A DNA stretch of 64,000 nt, taken from an uncultured virus (IMG/VR IMGVR_UViG_3300027582_000004) (taxonomy: Duplodnaviria > Heunggongvirae > Uroviricota > Caudoviricetes). Location: the IMG/VR virus record IMGVR_UViG_3300027582_000004; one strand, written 5' to 3'. The position numbers and the translations under genes are program-made. The notes under the pieces are model-generated. The model did no database searches, was not told where the DNA came from, and worked only from the letters and a program-made list of their open reading frames with translations. Positions 29,549 to 39,742 of this stretch are shown here, in pieces. Each line of letters opens with the position of its first letter. Position 1 is the first letter of the stretch.

Positions 29549-31127
29549 CGGTTATCTTGGCAATGTTAACGTAAAGCGTGACGGAATTGTTAGTAACTGG
29601 ACTCAAGAAGAAATACTAGAATATAAAAAGTGTATGGATGATCCTATTCACTTTGCAAAGAGATATTGTAAAGTCATATCTTTAGACGATGGGCTTGTTA
29701 ACTTTAATCTTTATCCCTACCAAGAAAAAATGTTTGAGCATTTTAATGATAATCGTTTTAGTATTGTTCTTGCTTGTAGACAATCAGGTAAATCTATTTC
29801 ATCAGTAGCATATATTCTATGGTTTGCTTTATTCCATTCAGAAAAGACTGTTGCCATATTAGCTAACAAAGGTGCGACTGCACGTGAGATGTTGGCACGT
29901 ATTACACTTATGTTAGAGAACTTACCATTCTTTCTACAGCCAGGCACTAAAGCACTTAATAAAGGTTCACTTGAATTTTCTAATAATAGTAGAATCATTG
30001 CAGCTGCCACAAGTGGCTCATCTATTCGTGGTATGTCTATCAACCTTTTATTCTTAGACGAGTTTGCATTTGTTGAGAATGATGCTACCTTCTTTACATC
30101 TACATATCCAGTTATCTCGGCTGGTAAAGAAACTAAGGTTATTATTACTTCTACAGCAAACGGCATTGGTAATGTCTTCCATAAGATATGGGAAGGCTCA
30201 ATGCAAAAGACGAATGAATTTAAACCAATGCGAGTTGATTGGTGGGATGTGCCTGGGCGAGATGATAAATGGAAAAAACAAACAATAAACAATACTTCTA
30301 AACTACAGTTCGACCAAGAGTTTGGGAACACATTCTTTGGTACTGGAGATACATTAATTAATGCTGAGACACTTCTATCTTTAAGAGCAAAGGCTCCTAT
30401 AAGAGTAAACGGAGATTGTTTAATCTATGAAGAAACTATAGCAAAGCATGAATATGTTATGTGCGTTGATGTTGCACAAGGAAGAGGACAAGATTATTCT
30501 ACTTTTAATTTGATCGACATTAGCCAAAGACCTTTTAAACAGGTTGCTGTATATCGCAATAACACTATATCTCCTATCCTCTTCCCTGATATTATTTATA
30601 AATTTGCTAAAGCCTACAATAATGCTTATGTTGTAATTGAGAATAATGATCAAGGATCTGTTGTGTGTAATGGATTATACCATGACTTAGAGTATGAAAA
30701 TATGCATCTTGAGTCAATGGTTAAGGCTAATGGTCTTGGTGTTCGTATGGATAGAAAAGTAAAAAGAATTGGTTGTTCTTCTTTCAAAGATATTATTGAA
30801 AACAATAAACTAGATATTGTTGATGAACAAACTATTATAGAAATATCAACATTCGAAGCAAAAGGTCAGTCCTTTGAAGCATCTAATGGTAACCACGATG
30901 ACTTAGTAATGAACTTTGTTATGTTTGGTTACTTTGCTGGTTCTACATACTTCTCAGAGATGACTGATATTAATTTAAAGAGTATGCTATTTGAACAAAG
31001 AATGAATGAAATAGAAAATGATGTATTACCATTTGGTTTTATCGACGATGGAGTACCAGACTTACCTCAAGTAGACCCAATGAGAGTAGGTTGGGGCATA
31101 AGTGAAGTGTGGGATCCAGATTTATAA
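29529..31127 (+). CDS. gp17: Terminase large subunit gp17
   Basis: RQSGKS Walker A; LDEFAFV Walker B; nuclease DVAQG and HDDLV. Confidence 0.95.
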   Translation: MMMNNTDGYLGNVNVKRDGIVSNWTQEEILEYKKCMDDPIHFAKRYCKVISLDDGLVNFNLYPYQEKMFEHFNDNRFSIVLACRQSGKSISSVAYILWFALFHSEKTVAILANKGATAREMLARITLMLENLPFFLQPGTKALNKGSLEFSNNSRIIAAATSGSSIRGMSINLLFLDEFAFVENDATFFTSTYPVISAGKETKVIITSTANGIGNVFHKIWEGSMQKTNEFKPMRVDWWDVPGRDDKWKKQTINNTSKLQFDQEFGNTFFGTGDTLINAETLLSLRAKAPIRVNGDCLIYEETIAKHEYVMCVDVAQGRGQDYSTFNLIDISQRPFKQVAVYRNNTISPILFPDIIYKFAKAYNNAYVVIENNDQGSVVCNGLYHDLEYENMHLESMVKANGLGVRMDRKVKRIGCSSFKDIIENNKLDIVDEQTIIEISTFEAKGQSFEASNGNHDDLVMNFVMFGYFAGSTYFSEMTDINLKSMLFEQRMNEIENDVLPFGFIDDGVPDLPQVDPMRVGWGISEVWDPDL

Positions 31128-31132
31128 TAACT

Positions 31133-31140
31133 TATAAATA
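31133..31140 (+). promoter_or_regulatory. T4-type late promoter
   Basis: TATAAATA upstream of gp18. Confidence 0.75.
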
Positions 31141-31201
31141 ACATTAATATTGAAATCCCGTCGTATTATGATCAATTATTATTAGCTTAAAGGAAAAACA
31201 A

Positions 31202-32923
31202 ATGGCAATTGGAACACCATCCCAAAGTCCAGCGATTGTTATCAAGGAAGTTGATCTATCAGGTGTAGTACCTAATGTTCAATCTACCATGGGTGCAATT
31301 GTCGGCAACTATCGTTGGGGACCGGTCGAAACGAGAGAAAGAATCAGCGATGAATCTCAGCTCGCAGCAACATTCGGTAATCCAGACGATGCACACACTA
31401 TAGATTTTCACTCTGCAGCATACTACTTGCGATATAGTTCAGATTTAACTGTCACTAGAACAGTTAATGGCGCTGTTAACGCACATGATGCTTCAGCAAC
31501 TGGAGACGCTCCAGTAGTTAAGAACCGAGATGACTGGGATGCCCAGATTTCAGCTCGTGATTCTGACGGACACACATTCATTGCAAAATGGCCAGGAGAC
31601 ATGGGTAACTCAATTAAAGTTTCCGTATGTCCTGCTCACACTGCATCATTTGCAGGCTGGACTTATAAGTCAAGCTTTGACAATCAACCAGGCACATCAG
31701 CCACTGCAACAGATGTAGGTGCATCTAACGATGAGATTCACATCGCAGTTATTGACGAAGGTGGTAAGTTTGGTGCTAAAGGCGCTGTACTAGAAACATT
31801 CCCATTTGTGTCTTTGGCTACTAACTCTAAAAAATCAGATGGCTCAACAAACTATTCAGTAGACGTTGTTAACAATGCTTCTCAATATGTTTGGATGGCA
31901 GGCTTTGAGACAGTATTCACAACTCAAGGTGCAGGTACTACAGCAGATAACGCAGATGACTTTATTCTATCGACTCCAGCAGTCAAAGAGTATGTAATGG
32001 TTACAGGCACAAACTCTGCTGCTCTTACAGCAGCAAATGTTCAAACAGGCTTTGATCTATATGAAGATCAAGATACAGTAGAAGTTGATTTCTTAATTGC
32101 ACCATCAATGGTTAGTAGAACAGATCAGACAACTGTTGTTAATGATCTTGCAGCTACAGCTATTGCTAGAAAAGACTGTGTTGCAGTTGCTTCTCCAGCA
32201 AGATCAGATGTTGTAGGGCTTGCAGATGCATCCACTATTACAACTAATATCGAAACTACAGCAGATAGTTATACAGCAACTTCATACTTAGTTGCAGATG
32301 CTAACTTCTTAAAGGTATATGATAAATACAACGATAAGTATATTCATATCCCAGCGGCATCATCTACAGCAGGTATTATGTCTGCATCAGATGCTAATGC
32401 AGCTCCATGGGTATCACCAGCAGGCGCAAGACGTGGTGCTTACTTAGGTGTAACCAACTTGGCTTATAGCCCAACAAAAGCACAACGAGACACATTATAT
32501 AAAGCAAGTGTTAACCCAGTTGCTAATATCCCTGGTCAAGGAGTATTATTGTTTGGTGATAAAACACATATGAATAGACCATCAGCATTTGATAGAATCA
32601 ATGTTCGCAGACTATTCTTAACTGTTGAAAGAGCAATCGGCGAAGCAGCTAAAAATGTAATGTTCGAACTTAATGACGAATTTACAAGAGCTGAGTTTGT
32701 TAATATTGTAGAGCCATTCTTGAGAGAAATCAAGGGTAGACGTGGTATTACAGACTTTAAAGTTGTGTGTAATGAAACTAATAACACATCATCCGTAATC
32801 GACCGAAATGAATTTGTAGCAAATATCTTCATTAAACCAGCAAGATCCATTAACTTTATCACATTGAACTTTGTGGCAGTTAGATCAGGTGTTGAGTTTG
32901 AAGAAGTTGTTGGTACAGTATAA
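31202..32923 (+). CDS. gp18: Tail sheath protein gp18
   Basis: SP.IVIKEVDLS; SPAG.RRG; FDRINVRRLF; IKPARSINFI. Confidence 0.95.
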   Translation: MAIGTPSQSPAIVIKEVDLSGVVPNVQSTMGAIVGNYRWGPVETRERISDESQLAATFGNPDDAHTIDFHSAAYYLRYSSDLTVTRTVNGAVNAHDASATGDAPVVKNRDDWDAQISARDSDGHTFIAKWPGDMGNSIKVSVCPAHTASFAGWTYKSSFDNQPGTSATATDVGASNDEIHIAVIDEGGKFGAKGAVLETFPFVSLATNSKKSDGSTNYSVDVVNNASQYVWMAGFETVFTTQGAGTTADNADDFILSTPAVKEYVMVTGTNSAALTAANVQTGFDLYEDQDTVEVDFLIAPSMVSRTDQTTVVNDLAATAIARKDCVAVASPARSDVVGLADASTITTNIETTADSYTATSYLVADANFLKVYDKYNDKYIHIPAASSTAGIMSASDANAAPWVSPAGARRGAYLGVTNLAYSPTKAQRDTLYKASVNPVANIPGQGVLLFGDKTHMNRPSAFDRINVRRLFLTVERAIGEAAKNVMFELNDEFTRAEFVNIVEPFLREIKGRRGITDFKVVCNETNNTSSVIDRNEFVANIFIKPARSINFITLNFVAVRSGVEFEEVVGTV

Positions 32924-32947
32924 GTAACTGGAAAGGAAAAAAAATAA

Positions 32948-33475
32948 ATGGCTATTCTCGGAGTAGATGACTTTAAAGCCAAAATTGCAGGTGGTGGAGC
33001 ACGCCCTAACCTTTTCAAGGCTACGGTAAACTTTCCAGCATATGCAGGCGGAGATGTCGAACAAACGTCTTTCATGTGTAAAGGCGCACAACTTCCAGGT
33101 TCAAATATAGCACCGTTGCCTATCTCTTTTAGAGGTAGACAATTGCAGATTGCAGGTGATAGAACTTTTGAACCATGGACTGTAACAATTATTAACGACA
33201 CAGACTTTGTTGTTAGAGATGCAATGGAACGTTGGATGAACGGAATTAACGGTCATACAACTAACGTTGGTCTTGTTAACCCAGCAGACTATCAAGCAGA
33301 CCTAGTTGTAGACCAATTGGATCGTGACGAAACTGTTCTAAAGACATATAACTTTAGAGGTTGTTTCCCTACAGCGATTTCACCAATTGATCTTAACTAC
33401 GAAGCAACAGGACAGATTGAGGAATTCACTGTTGAATTCCAAATCCAATACTGGGAATCAGATACAACTTCTTAA
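32948..33475 (+). CDS. gp19: Tail tube protein gp19
   Basis: GGARPNLF; AGDRTFEPWT.TI.ND; IEEFTVEF. Confidence 0.95.
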   Translation: MAILGVDDFKAKIAGGGARPNLFKATVNFPAYAGGDVEQTSFMCKGAQLPGSNIAPLPISFRGRQLQIAGDRTFEPWTVTIINDTDFVVRDAMERWMNGINGHTTNVGLVNPADYQADLVVDQLDRDETVLKTYNFRGCFPTAISPIDLNYEATGQIEEFTVEFQIQYWESDTTS

Positions 33476-33481
33476 AGTGTA

Positions 33482-33516
33482 TATAAATAATAAGGTGGAG
33501 GGGAAACTCTCCACCT
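33482..33516 (+). promoter_or_regulatory. Late promoter followed by a 5'-leader GAAA-tetraloop hairpin
   Basis: TATAAATA 33482-33489; AGGTGGAGGG-GAAA-CTCTCCACCT 33493-33516, with no U-tract. Confidence 0.65.
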
Positions 33517-33540
33517 AACTCTAATTTGGACGAAAGAAAT

Positions 33541-35112
33541 ATGGCAGATAATCGAGGACTAAAATTATTTGGATTTGAGATTCGACGTGCTGGACAACAA
33601 ACTAGCGCAAAGAGTAAACTTGATTCTATCGTTCCACCAACAGATGATGATGGTGCAGGATATGTAACTGCATCTGGTTCACACTTTGGACAATATATTA
33701 ATCTTGATGGCGACGAATCCAAAGACAACTCAGAACTTGTTAAACAATATCGTGGTATTGCTATGCACCCAGAAGTGGATGCAGCAGTAGAAGACATTGT
33801 TAATGAGTCTATTACTATTGAAGATAATAAATCCGCAATCGAGGTTGTACTTGATAATGTGGAAACTTCTGATAAAATTAAAAAAGAAATTCAGGAAGAG
33901 TTTAAAAATATTCTTTCTATGTTAAAGTTTAATGATCTAGGTCATGACATCTTTCGCAGATGGTATGTAGATGGTAGAATTTATCACCACCTAGTTGTTA
34001 ACGAATCAAATACTAAAGCTGGTATACAAGAGATCAGACATATTGACTCAACTAAGATCCGTAAGGTGAAAGAAATAAAGTCAAAGAAAGATCCAGTAAC
34101 TGGTGCTAAAGTCATTGAAAGGGTAGATGAACACTTCATCTATCAAGAAAAACCAGGCCAACAAACAAGTGGTGTCAAACTTACTACTGATTCGATCAGT
34201 TATGTGACATCTGGTTTGTTGGATGACCAACGGAAAAAAGTTGTGTCCTATCTTCATAAAGCGATCAAACCCATCAACCAGTTAAGGATGATGGAAGATA
34301 GTCTGGTGATTTATAGATTGTCAAGAGCACCAGAACGTCGTATTTTCTATATTGATGTTGGTAACTTACCAAGAGGTAAAGCCGAAGAATATATGAAAAA
34401 CATTATGACCAAGTATCGTAATAAACTTGTATATGATGCAAACACTGGTAAACTAAAAGATGATCGTAAACATATGTCTATGTTGGAAGACTTCTGGCTA
34501 CCAAGACGTGAAGGCGGAAGAGGTACAGAAATCTCTACACTGCCAGGTGGTGAAAACTTAGGACAGATAGACGATATTATATACTTCCAAAAGAGGCTAT
34601 ATAAATCTTTAAACGTACCCGTATCAAGACTAGAGCAAGAGCAAGCTGCAGGGCTATTAGGTAGATCAACTGAGATCAACCGTGATGAACTTAAATTTCA
34701 AAAGTTTATTGATAGACTACGCCGTAGGTTCTCTACATTATTCTTAGAGGTTCTTAGAAAGCAATTAATGCTGAAAGGCATTATTACTAGTGAAGACTGG
34801 GAAGCATGGCGCAATAATATTATTGTTGAATATGCATCAGATAATCATTTTGCAGAACTAAGAAATGCAGAACTTGTAAGAGAAAGATTGCAGACCTTGG
34901 ATATGACTCAACAGTATGTTGGTGAGTTCTATTCTAAAGAGTGGGTATTTAAGAATATATTGAATCTGAACGAGGAAGAAATCGAACAGATGAAGAAAGA
35001 AATGACTGAAGAGCAAGCAAGTGGTGAGACAGATGATGAAGATGATGAACCACAAGAGCAAGAAGCTCCACAGCCTACACCTGTTAAAATTGTAAAAGAT
35101 GATGAGGAATAA
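33541..35112 (+). CDS. gp20: Portal protein gp20
   Basis: RRWYVDGR; RAPERRIFYIDVGN; EDFWLPRREGGRGTEI. Confidence 0.95.
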   Translation: MADNRGLKLFGFEIRRAGQQTSAKSKLDSIVPPTDDDGAGYVTASGSHFGQYINLDGDESKDNSELVKQYRGIAMHPEVDAAVEDIVNESITIEDNKSAIEVVLDNVETSDKIKKEIQEEFKNILSMLKFNDLGHDIFRRWYVDGRIYHHLVVNESNTKAGIQEIRHIDSTKIRKVKEIKSKKDPVTGAKVIERVDEHFIYQEKPGQQTSGVKLTTDSISYVTSGLLDDQRKKVVSYLHKAIKPINQLRMMEDSLVIYRLSRAPERRIFYIDVGNLPRGKAEEYMKNIMTKYRNKLVYDANTGKLKDDRKHMSMLEDFWLPRREGGRGTEISTLPGGENLGQIDDIIYFQKRLYKSLNVPVSRLEQEQAAGLLGRSTEINRDELKFQKFIDRLRRRFSTLFLEVLRKQLMLKGIITSEDWEAWRNNIIVEYASDNHFAELRNAELVRERLQTLDMTQQYVGEFYSKEWVFKNILNLNEEEIEQMKKEMTEEQASGETDDEDDEPQEQEAPQPTPVKIVKDDEE

Positions 35113-35115
35113 ATC

Positions 35116-35391
35116 ATGAGTGAAGTAGAAGTAGTAGATCCAGTTGTTGCCTCAACTGGTATTGGTGATTGGATTGATGCAGTAGTAGATAAAGATTATG
35201 CATCTGCAGATCCTATTTTTAAAGAATTAATGGCTGATCGTATGAATGATGCATTAGATGCAGAAAAGATCAAAGTTGCTGGAGAAATCTATAACGGTGA
35301 CGAACCAGAACAAGTAGAAATGGAATTTGATGAAGTAGAAACTTCTGAGGAAGAAGAAGAAATGCCTGATATTGACGGGCATCCAGTATAA
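35116..35391 (+). CDS. Prohead core protein (gp67-like), acidic
   Basis: Position after gp20; highly acidic. Confidence 0.55.
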   Translation: MSEVEVVDPVVASTGIGDWIDAVVDKDYASADPIFKELMADRMNDALDAEKIKVAGEIYNGDEPEQVEMEFDEVETSEEEEEMPDIDGHPV

Positions 35392-35410
35392 ATAGTTCTT
35401 TGTATAAATA
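35387..35410 (+). promoter_or_regulatory. Tandem late promoters
   Basis: TATAAATA at 35387-35394 and 35403-35410. Confidence 0.7.
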
Positions 35411-35426
35411 AATGTAACAAAAGGTT

Positions 35427-35648
35427 ATGTTGATGAAAAGTTTTTTACAGTTACGCGAGAAGATGTCGAAAGGCATGCCTAAAGGTACTCACGTATTTGA
35501 TACTAAAGTAAAAGGCATTGAAGTAATGGTACACAAAGAAGGCGGTAAGTTTTCTGTTTATGTGGACCGTGAAAAACTTGACACTTTTCGTGATCTCAAT
35601 TCAGCTAAAAAAGCTGGGCTTGAATTTGTAAAACAATATAAAGGTTAA
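35427..35648 (+). CDS. Small prohead-region protein (gp68 position)
   Basis: Synteny only. Confidence 0.45.
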   Translation: MLMKSFLQLREKMSKGMPKGTHVFDTKVKGIEVMVHKEGGKFSVYVDREKLDTFRDLNSAKKAGLEFVKQYKG

Positions 35649-35652
35649 TTAG

Positions 35653-36315
35653 ATGAAGCTGATTACAGAATATACTGAGACAGATGTTAACTGCATCGTA
35701 GAAGCCAAAGAAGACGGTTCTAAGAACTATGTCATTGAAGGCATTTTTGCAATGGCTGAATCTAAAAACAGAAACGGAAGAGTTTACCCTAAACCAATCA
35801 TGGAAGCAGCGGTAAACAAATACGTTACTGAACAAGTAAAAACTAAGCGATCTGTTGGAGAGTTAAATCACCCTGAGGGGCCAACAGTAAACTTAGATAA
35901 GGTATCCCATCTTATTACTGATCTCAAATTTGAGGGAAATAATGTGATGGGTAAGGCACAAATTTTGGATACACCAATGGGAAAGATTGTAAAAGGTCTA
36001 CTTGATGGCGGTGTTCAACTAGGAGTGTCAACTCGTGGTATGGGTAGCCTCATGCAACAAAATGGCGCACAAGTTGTTAAAAACGACTTTATTCTTAATA
36101 CGGTTGATATCGTACAAGATCCATCAGCACCGAATGCTTTCGTAAATGGAATTATGGAAGGTGTAGACTGGGTATGGAATAACGGCATTATTGAAGCAAG
36201 AGAAATTGAAAGAATGGAGACTGAAGTTAAGAAGGCTCCACGTGCTGATCTTTATGAGACACAGACACGTGAGTTTAAGAATTTCCTCTCGTTACTCAAA
36301 ACAAAAAGCATGTAA
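35653..36315 (+). CDS. gp21: Prohead protease gp21
   Basis: NRNGRVYP; GELNHP; GVSTRGMGS; DIVQDPSAP. Confidence 0.95.
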   Translation: MKLITEYTETDVNCIVEAKEDGSKNYVIEGIFAMAESKNRNGRVYPKPIMEAAVNKYVTEQVKTKRSVGELNHPEGPTVNLDKVSHLITDLKFEGNNVMGKAQILDTPMGKIVKGLLDGGVQLGVSTRGMGSLMQQNGAQVVKNDFILNTVDIVQDPSAPNAFVNGIMEGVDWVWNNGIIEAREIERMETEVKKAPRADLYETQTREFKNFLSLLKTKSM

Positions 36316-36324
36316 GGAGTCAAA

Positions 36325-37347
36325 ATGGCTGATCAAGAAAACGCGATCATCGAAGCCGAACTCCATGACGAGGACGTTATGGAAGAAGCTCATGATCCAA
36401 AGAATGCCGAAGTACAGTCAGTCGATTCAGTCGACGCTGCTGCTAAAGCAATTAAAACACAAGCCCCGGTTCCAAAGACAAAAGCTGGAATGATCAATGC
36501 TATGTATGGTAAAATGAAAAAGATGAATAAATCATCTTTGACTGCATCATACGGCAAAATGATGGGTGAAGAAGTAGAAGCGGATGAAACTAATGTTGTT
36601 GCAGAAGATGCAATGGCTGCAGTACAATTCGATTATACAACTGAACTCGATGCATTGGTTGAATCTGAAGCAACTCTTTCTGAAGAGTTCAAAGAGAAAA
36701 CAGCAATAATCTTTGAGTCGGCTATTAAAACAAAACTTTCAGAAGAAATCGATCGTCTGGAAGAAACATACGCAACTGAATTAGCTGAGGAAGTTTCTAC
36801 TTTGAAAACTGACTTGGTTGAAAAAGTTGATAGCTACCTAAACTATGTCGTAGAATCATGGATGGAAGACAACCAAGTTGCAATCCATACTGGCCTACGT
36901 ACAGAAATCGCTGAAGGTTTCATGAACAAGTTGAAAGACGTGTTCGAGGAGTCTTACATTGTAGTACCAGATGAGAAAGTTGACATGGTTGACGATCTTG
37001 CTGAACAAGTACAAGAACTGGAAACAGCTCTTAACGAACGTACTGAAGAAGCAATGGAAACAGCAAGCGAGTTGGAATCAATGAAACGTAATGCGGTTAT
37101 CCGTGAGGCGTCTCGTGACCTAGCTGAAACACAAGTTGAGAAACTTGCCAAACTGGTAGAAGGCATTGAATTCGATAATGAGGAAACTTTTGCAGACAAA
37201 GTTGCTATTATTAAAGAAACACACTTCAAGCCTAAAACTGTAGAATCCACAATCGCAGAAGAAACTGAAGATACTGGCGAAGCTAGTGTTGAAGTGTCAG
37301 CAATGATGGAAACATATCTTTCTGCAATCAGAAATACATCTAAATAA
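36325..37347 (+). CDS. gp22: Prohead core scaffold gp22
   Basis: LSEEFK.K...IFE.A; VDSYLNYVVESW; synteny. Confidence 0.9.
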   Translation: MADQENAIIEAELHDEDVMEEAHDPKNAEVQSVDSVDAAAKAIKTQAPVPKTKAGMINAMYGKMKKMNKSSLTASYGKMMGEEVEADETNVVAEDAMAAVQFDYTTELDALVESEATLSEEFKEKTAIIFESAIKTKLSEEIDRLEETYATELAEEVSTLKTDLVEKVDSYLNYVVESWMEDNQVAIHTGLRTEIAEGFMNKLKDVFEESYIVVPDEKVDMVDDLAEQVQELETALNERTEEAMETASELESMKRNAVIREASRDLAETQVEKLAKLVEGIEFDNEETFADKVAIIKETHFKPKTVESTIAEETEDTGEASVEVSAMMETYLSAIRNTSK

Positions 37348-37361
37348 AGGGAATCCAAAAG

Positions 37362-38675
37362 ATGCAATCTTATGACAATCTAGTCGAAAAATGGAACCCA
37401 GTACTGAACGAAGAGTCAGCTGGCAACATTAGCGACAAGCACAAACGTGCAGTAACTGCTGTTATGCTCGAGAATACAGAAAAAGCTCTAAACGAAGAGC
37501 GTATGATCACAGAAGCAGCTCCTACAAACTCAACTGGCGGAAACATCAATAACTGGGATCCAATCTTGATCTCATTGGTTCGTCGTGCAGCTCCAAACTT
37601 GGTAGCATATGACTTAGCTGGTGTTCAGCCAATGTCTGGTCCAACAGGACTAATCTTCGCAATGAAGTCAAAGTACACATCACAAGGTGGTACAGAGGCT
37701 CTATTCAACGAAGCAGACACAGCATTCTCTGGTACACAAGTTGCTGGTGCAAACGGTGCTGCTGGTCCATCTGGTTTAGATGTAGGCAATCCTAACTCAC
37801 CACACACAATCGATTCTGATCGTGTAACTGGTCACACTGGTACTGGTATGGGTACAGACTCAGCTGAAGCTCTTGGCGATACAACTAGTAACTCATTCAA
37901 CGAAATGGGCTTCTCAATTGAAAAAGCAACTGTGACAGCTAAGTCACGTGCTTTGAAAGCTGAGTACTCACTAGAACTAGCTCAAGACTTGAAAGCAATC
38001 CACGGTTTGGATGCTGAATCAGAATTAGCTAACATCTTGTCTACAGAAATCTTAGCGGAAATTAACCGTGAAGTTATCCGTACAATCAACTCACAAGCTA
38101 AAAACGGTGCTCAAACAAGCAACTGTACAGTAAAAGGCGTATTCGACCTAACATCTGATGCAGACGGCCGTTGGTCAGTTGAGAAGTTTAAAGGCTTGAT
38201 GGTACAGATTGAGCGCGAAGCTAACACCATTGCGAAACAAACTCGTAGAGGTAAAGGTAACGTAATCATGTGTTCATCTGATGTTGCTACTGCACTTGCT
38301 GCAGCTGGAATGTTGGACTATACACCAGCGATTTCTGCTAACCTAAATGTTGATGATACAGGCAACTTGTTTGCTGGTGTTCTTAACGGACGCACAAAAG
38401 TGTTTATTGATCCATATGCAACAACAGACTATGTAACTGTAGGTTATAAGGGTACTAACCCATATGACGCAGGTGTATTCTACTGTCCATATGTACCATT
38501 AACAATGATGCGTGCAGTTGGTGAAAACAACTTCCAACCAAAAATCGGCTTTAAGACTCGCTACGGCATGGCTTCTAACCCATTCGTTGGTGCTTCTCCT
38601 GCAGATGGTCTTGCAACAGCTAAGACTAACCAATACTACAGAATCTTCCGTGTTGACAATATCTTAGACACATAA
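37362..38675 (+). CDS. gp23: Major capsid protein gp23
   Basis: GVQPMSGPTGLIFAM; KSRALKAEYS.ELAQDLKAIHGLDAE; FQPKIGFKTRYG. Confidence 0.97.
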   Translation: MQSYDNLVEKWNPVLNEESAGNISDKHKRAVTAVMLENTEKALNEERMITEAAPTNSTGGNINNWDPILISLVRRAAPNLVAYDLAGVQPMSGPTGLIFAMKSKYTSQGGTEALFNEADTAFSGTQVAGANGAAGPSGLDVGNPNSPHTIDSDRVTGHTGTGMGTDSAEALGDTTSNSFNEMGFSIEKATVTAKSRALKAEYSLELAQDLKAIHGLDAESELANILSTEILAEINREVIRTINSQAKNGAQTSNCTVKGVFDLTSDADGRWSVEKFKGLMVQIEREANTIAKQTRRGKGNVIMCSSDVATALAAAGMLDYTPAISANLNVDDTGNLFAGVLNGRTKVFIDPYATTDYVTVGYKGTNPYDAGVFYCPYVPLTMMRAVGENNFQPKIGFKTRYGMASNPFVGASPADGLATAKTNQYYRIFRVDNILDT

Positions 38676-38687
38676 GAATTAATAAAC

Positions 38688-38745
38688 AGGAGAGGGTCAA
38701 CCTCTCCTACCTAAACTGGGCTGTCTTCGGACGGCCCTTTTTTTT
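38688..38745 (+). terminator. Hairpin plus rho-independent terminator after gp23
   Basis: AGGAGAGG-gtcaa-CCTCTCCT (38688-38708), then GGGCTGTC-TTCG-GACGGCCC plus an 8-T run (38718-38745). Confidence 0.85.
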
Positions 38746-38746
38746 G

Positions 38747-38754
38747 TATAAATA
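38747..38754 (+). promoter_or_regulatory. T4-type late promoter
   Basis: TATAAATA upstream of gp3. Confidence 0.75.
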
Positions 38755-38775
38755 CTATTATAAATTGGAGGCATT

Positions 38776-39270
38776 ATGGCTGAGCTAACAAAGAACCAAA
38801 ACTTTTTACAACCATCTGGTTATAAGATTACAATAGAAAGGGTTAATTATCCTAACCTTGAATTCTTTGTACAATCTGTACAGCATCCATCGGTGTCTGT
38901 TCCAATGACAGAAGTAGGTTATCCTAGAGCAAATGTACACTTGCCTGGTGATAAGCTAGTTTATGATGAAGTTACATTTGATTTACTCTTAGATGAAGAT
39001 ATGAATGCATATATTGAGATGCATAATTGGTTAAAGAGTTTAGTCGAGGATAAGGTTCGAAGAGCTTCTGAGAGGCCTCTACAAGTGCCTACCACTGCTG
39101 ATATAACTTTGACCCTATTATCCAGTCACAATAATATTACTAAACAATTTATTTACAGAGACTGCGTACCAACAAATATCGGTGGTGTGCAAATGTCTTC
39201 TAATGTGACTGATGTTGCTTATATTAATGTGCCGATGGGCTTTGCATTTACTTACTTTGATATTGTATAG
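38776..39270 (+). CDS. gp3: Tail completion/tube terminator gp3-like protein
   Basis: NFLQP.G; PGDKL.YD...F..LLDEDM..Y.E..NW; synteny after gp23. Confidence 0.8.
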   Translation: MAELTKNQNFLQPSGYKITIERVNYPNLEFFVQSVQHPSVSVPMTEVGYPRANVHLPGDKLVYDEVTFDLLLDEDMNAYIEMHNWLKSLVEDKVRRASERPLQVPTTADITLTLLSSHNNITKQFIYRDCVPTNIGGVQMSSNVTDVAYINVPMGFAFTYFDIV

Positions 39271-39298
39271 ATAGTTATGATTATGATGGAGATATATT

Positions 39299-39742
39299 AT
39301 GAACCTAGAATCCGTTCTGGAGATGTGGAAAAAAGATAGTCAGATTGAACAGTATAATCTTGATGAGACTAGCCGCAACACACCACAGTTGCATGCAAAA
39401 TACTTAGAATTGCTTTCTATTGCTAAACTGCAAATGAAGAAAGCTGAACACACACAAAAATCTTTACTTCATAAAAAATGGCTTTACTATAATGGTAAGA
39501 TGAGCCAAGAAGAAATTGTCGAACTAGGCTGGGAGTTTGATCCTTTTAATGGGCTTAAAGTGTTAAAAGGTGAGATGGAATATTATTATAATTCAGATAT
39601 AGATATTCAGAAGTCAGAAGAAAAACTAACTTACTATAAAACCCTTATTGAAACACTAACTGAAATAGTAACCAATCTAAACTGGAGACACCAGACAGTT
39701 GGTAATATGATTAAATGGAGGCAGTTCGAAGCCGGTGGATAA
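39299..39742 (+). CDS. uvsY: Recombination mediator UvsY
   Basis: W.KDS.I; LHAKYL; KWLYY.GK; IKWRQFEAG. Confidence 0.85.
   Translation: MNLESVLEMWKKDSQIEQYNLDETSRNTPQLHAKYLELLSIAKLQMKKAEHTQKSLLHKKWLYYNGKMSQEEIVELGWEFDPFNGLKVLKGEMEYYYNSDIDIQKSEEKLTYYKTLIETLTEIVTNLNWRHQTVGNMIKWRQFEAGG

Noticed and set aside
29717..33797. Long minus-strand ORFs (29717-30331, 32536-33201, 33426-33797)
   Set aside because: Antisense shadows of conserved gp17, gp18/gp19 and gp20; no motifs recognised.
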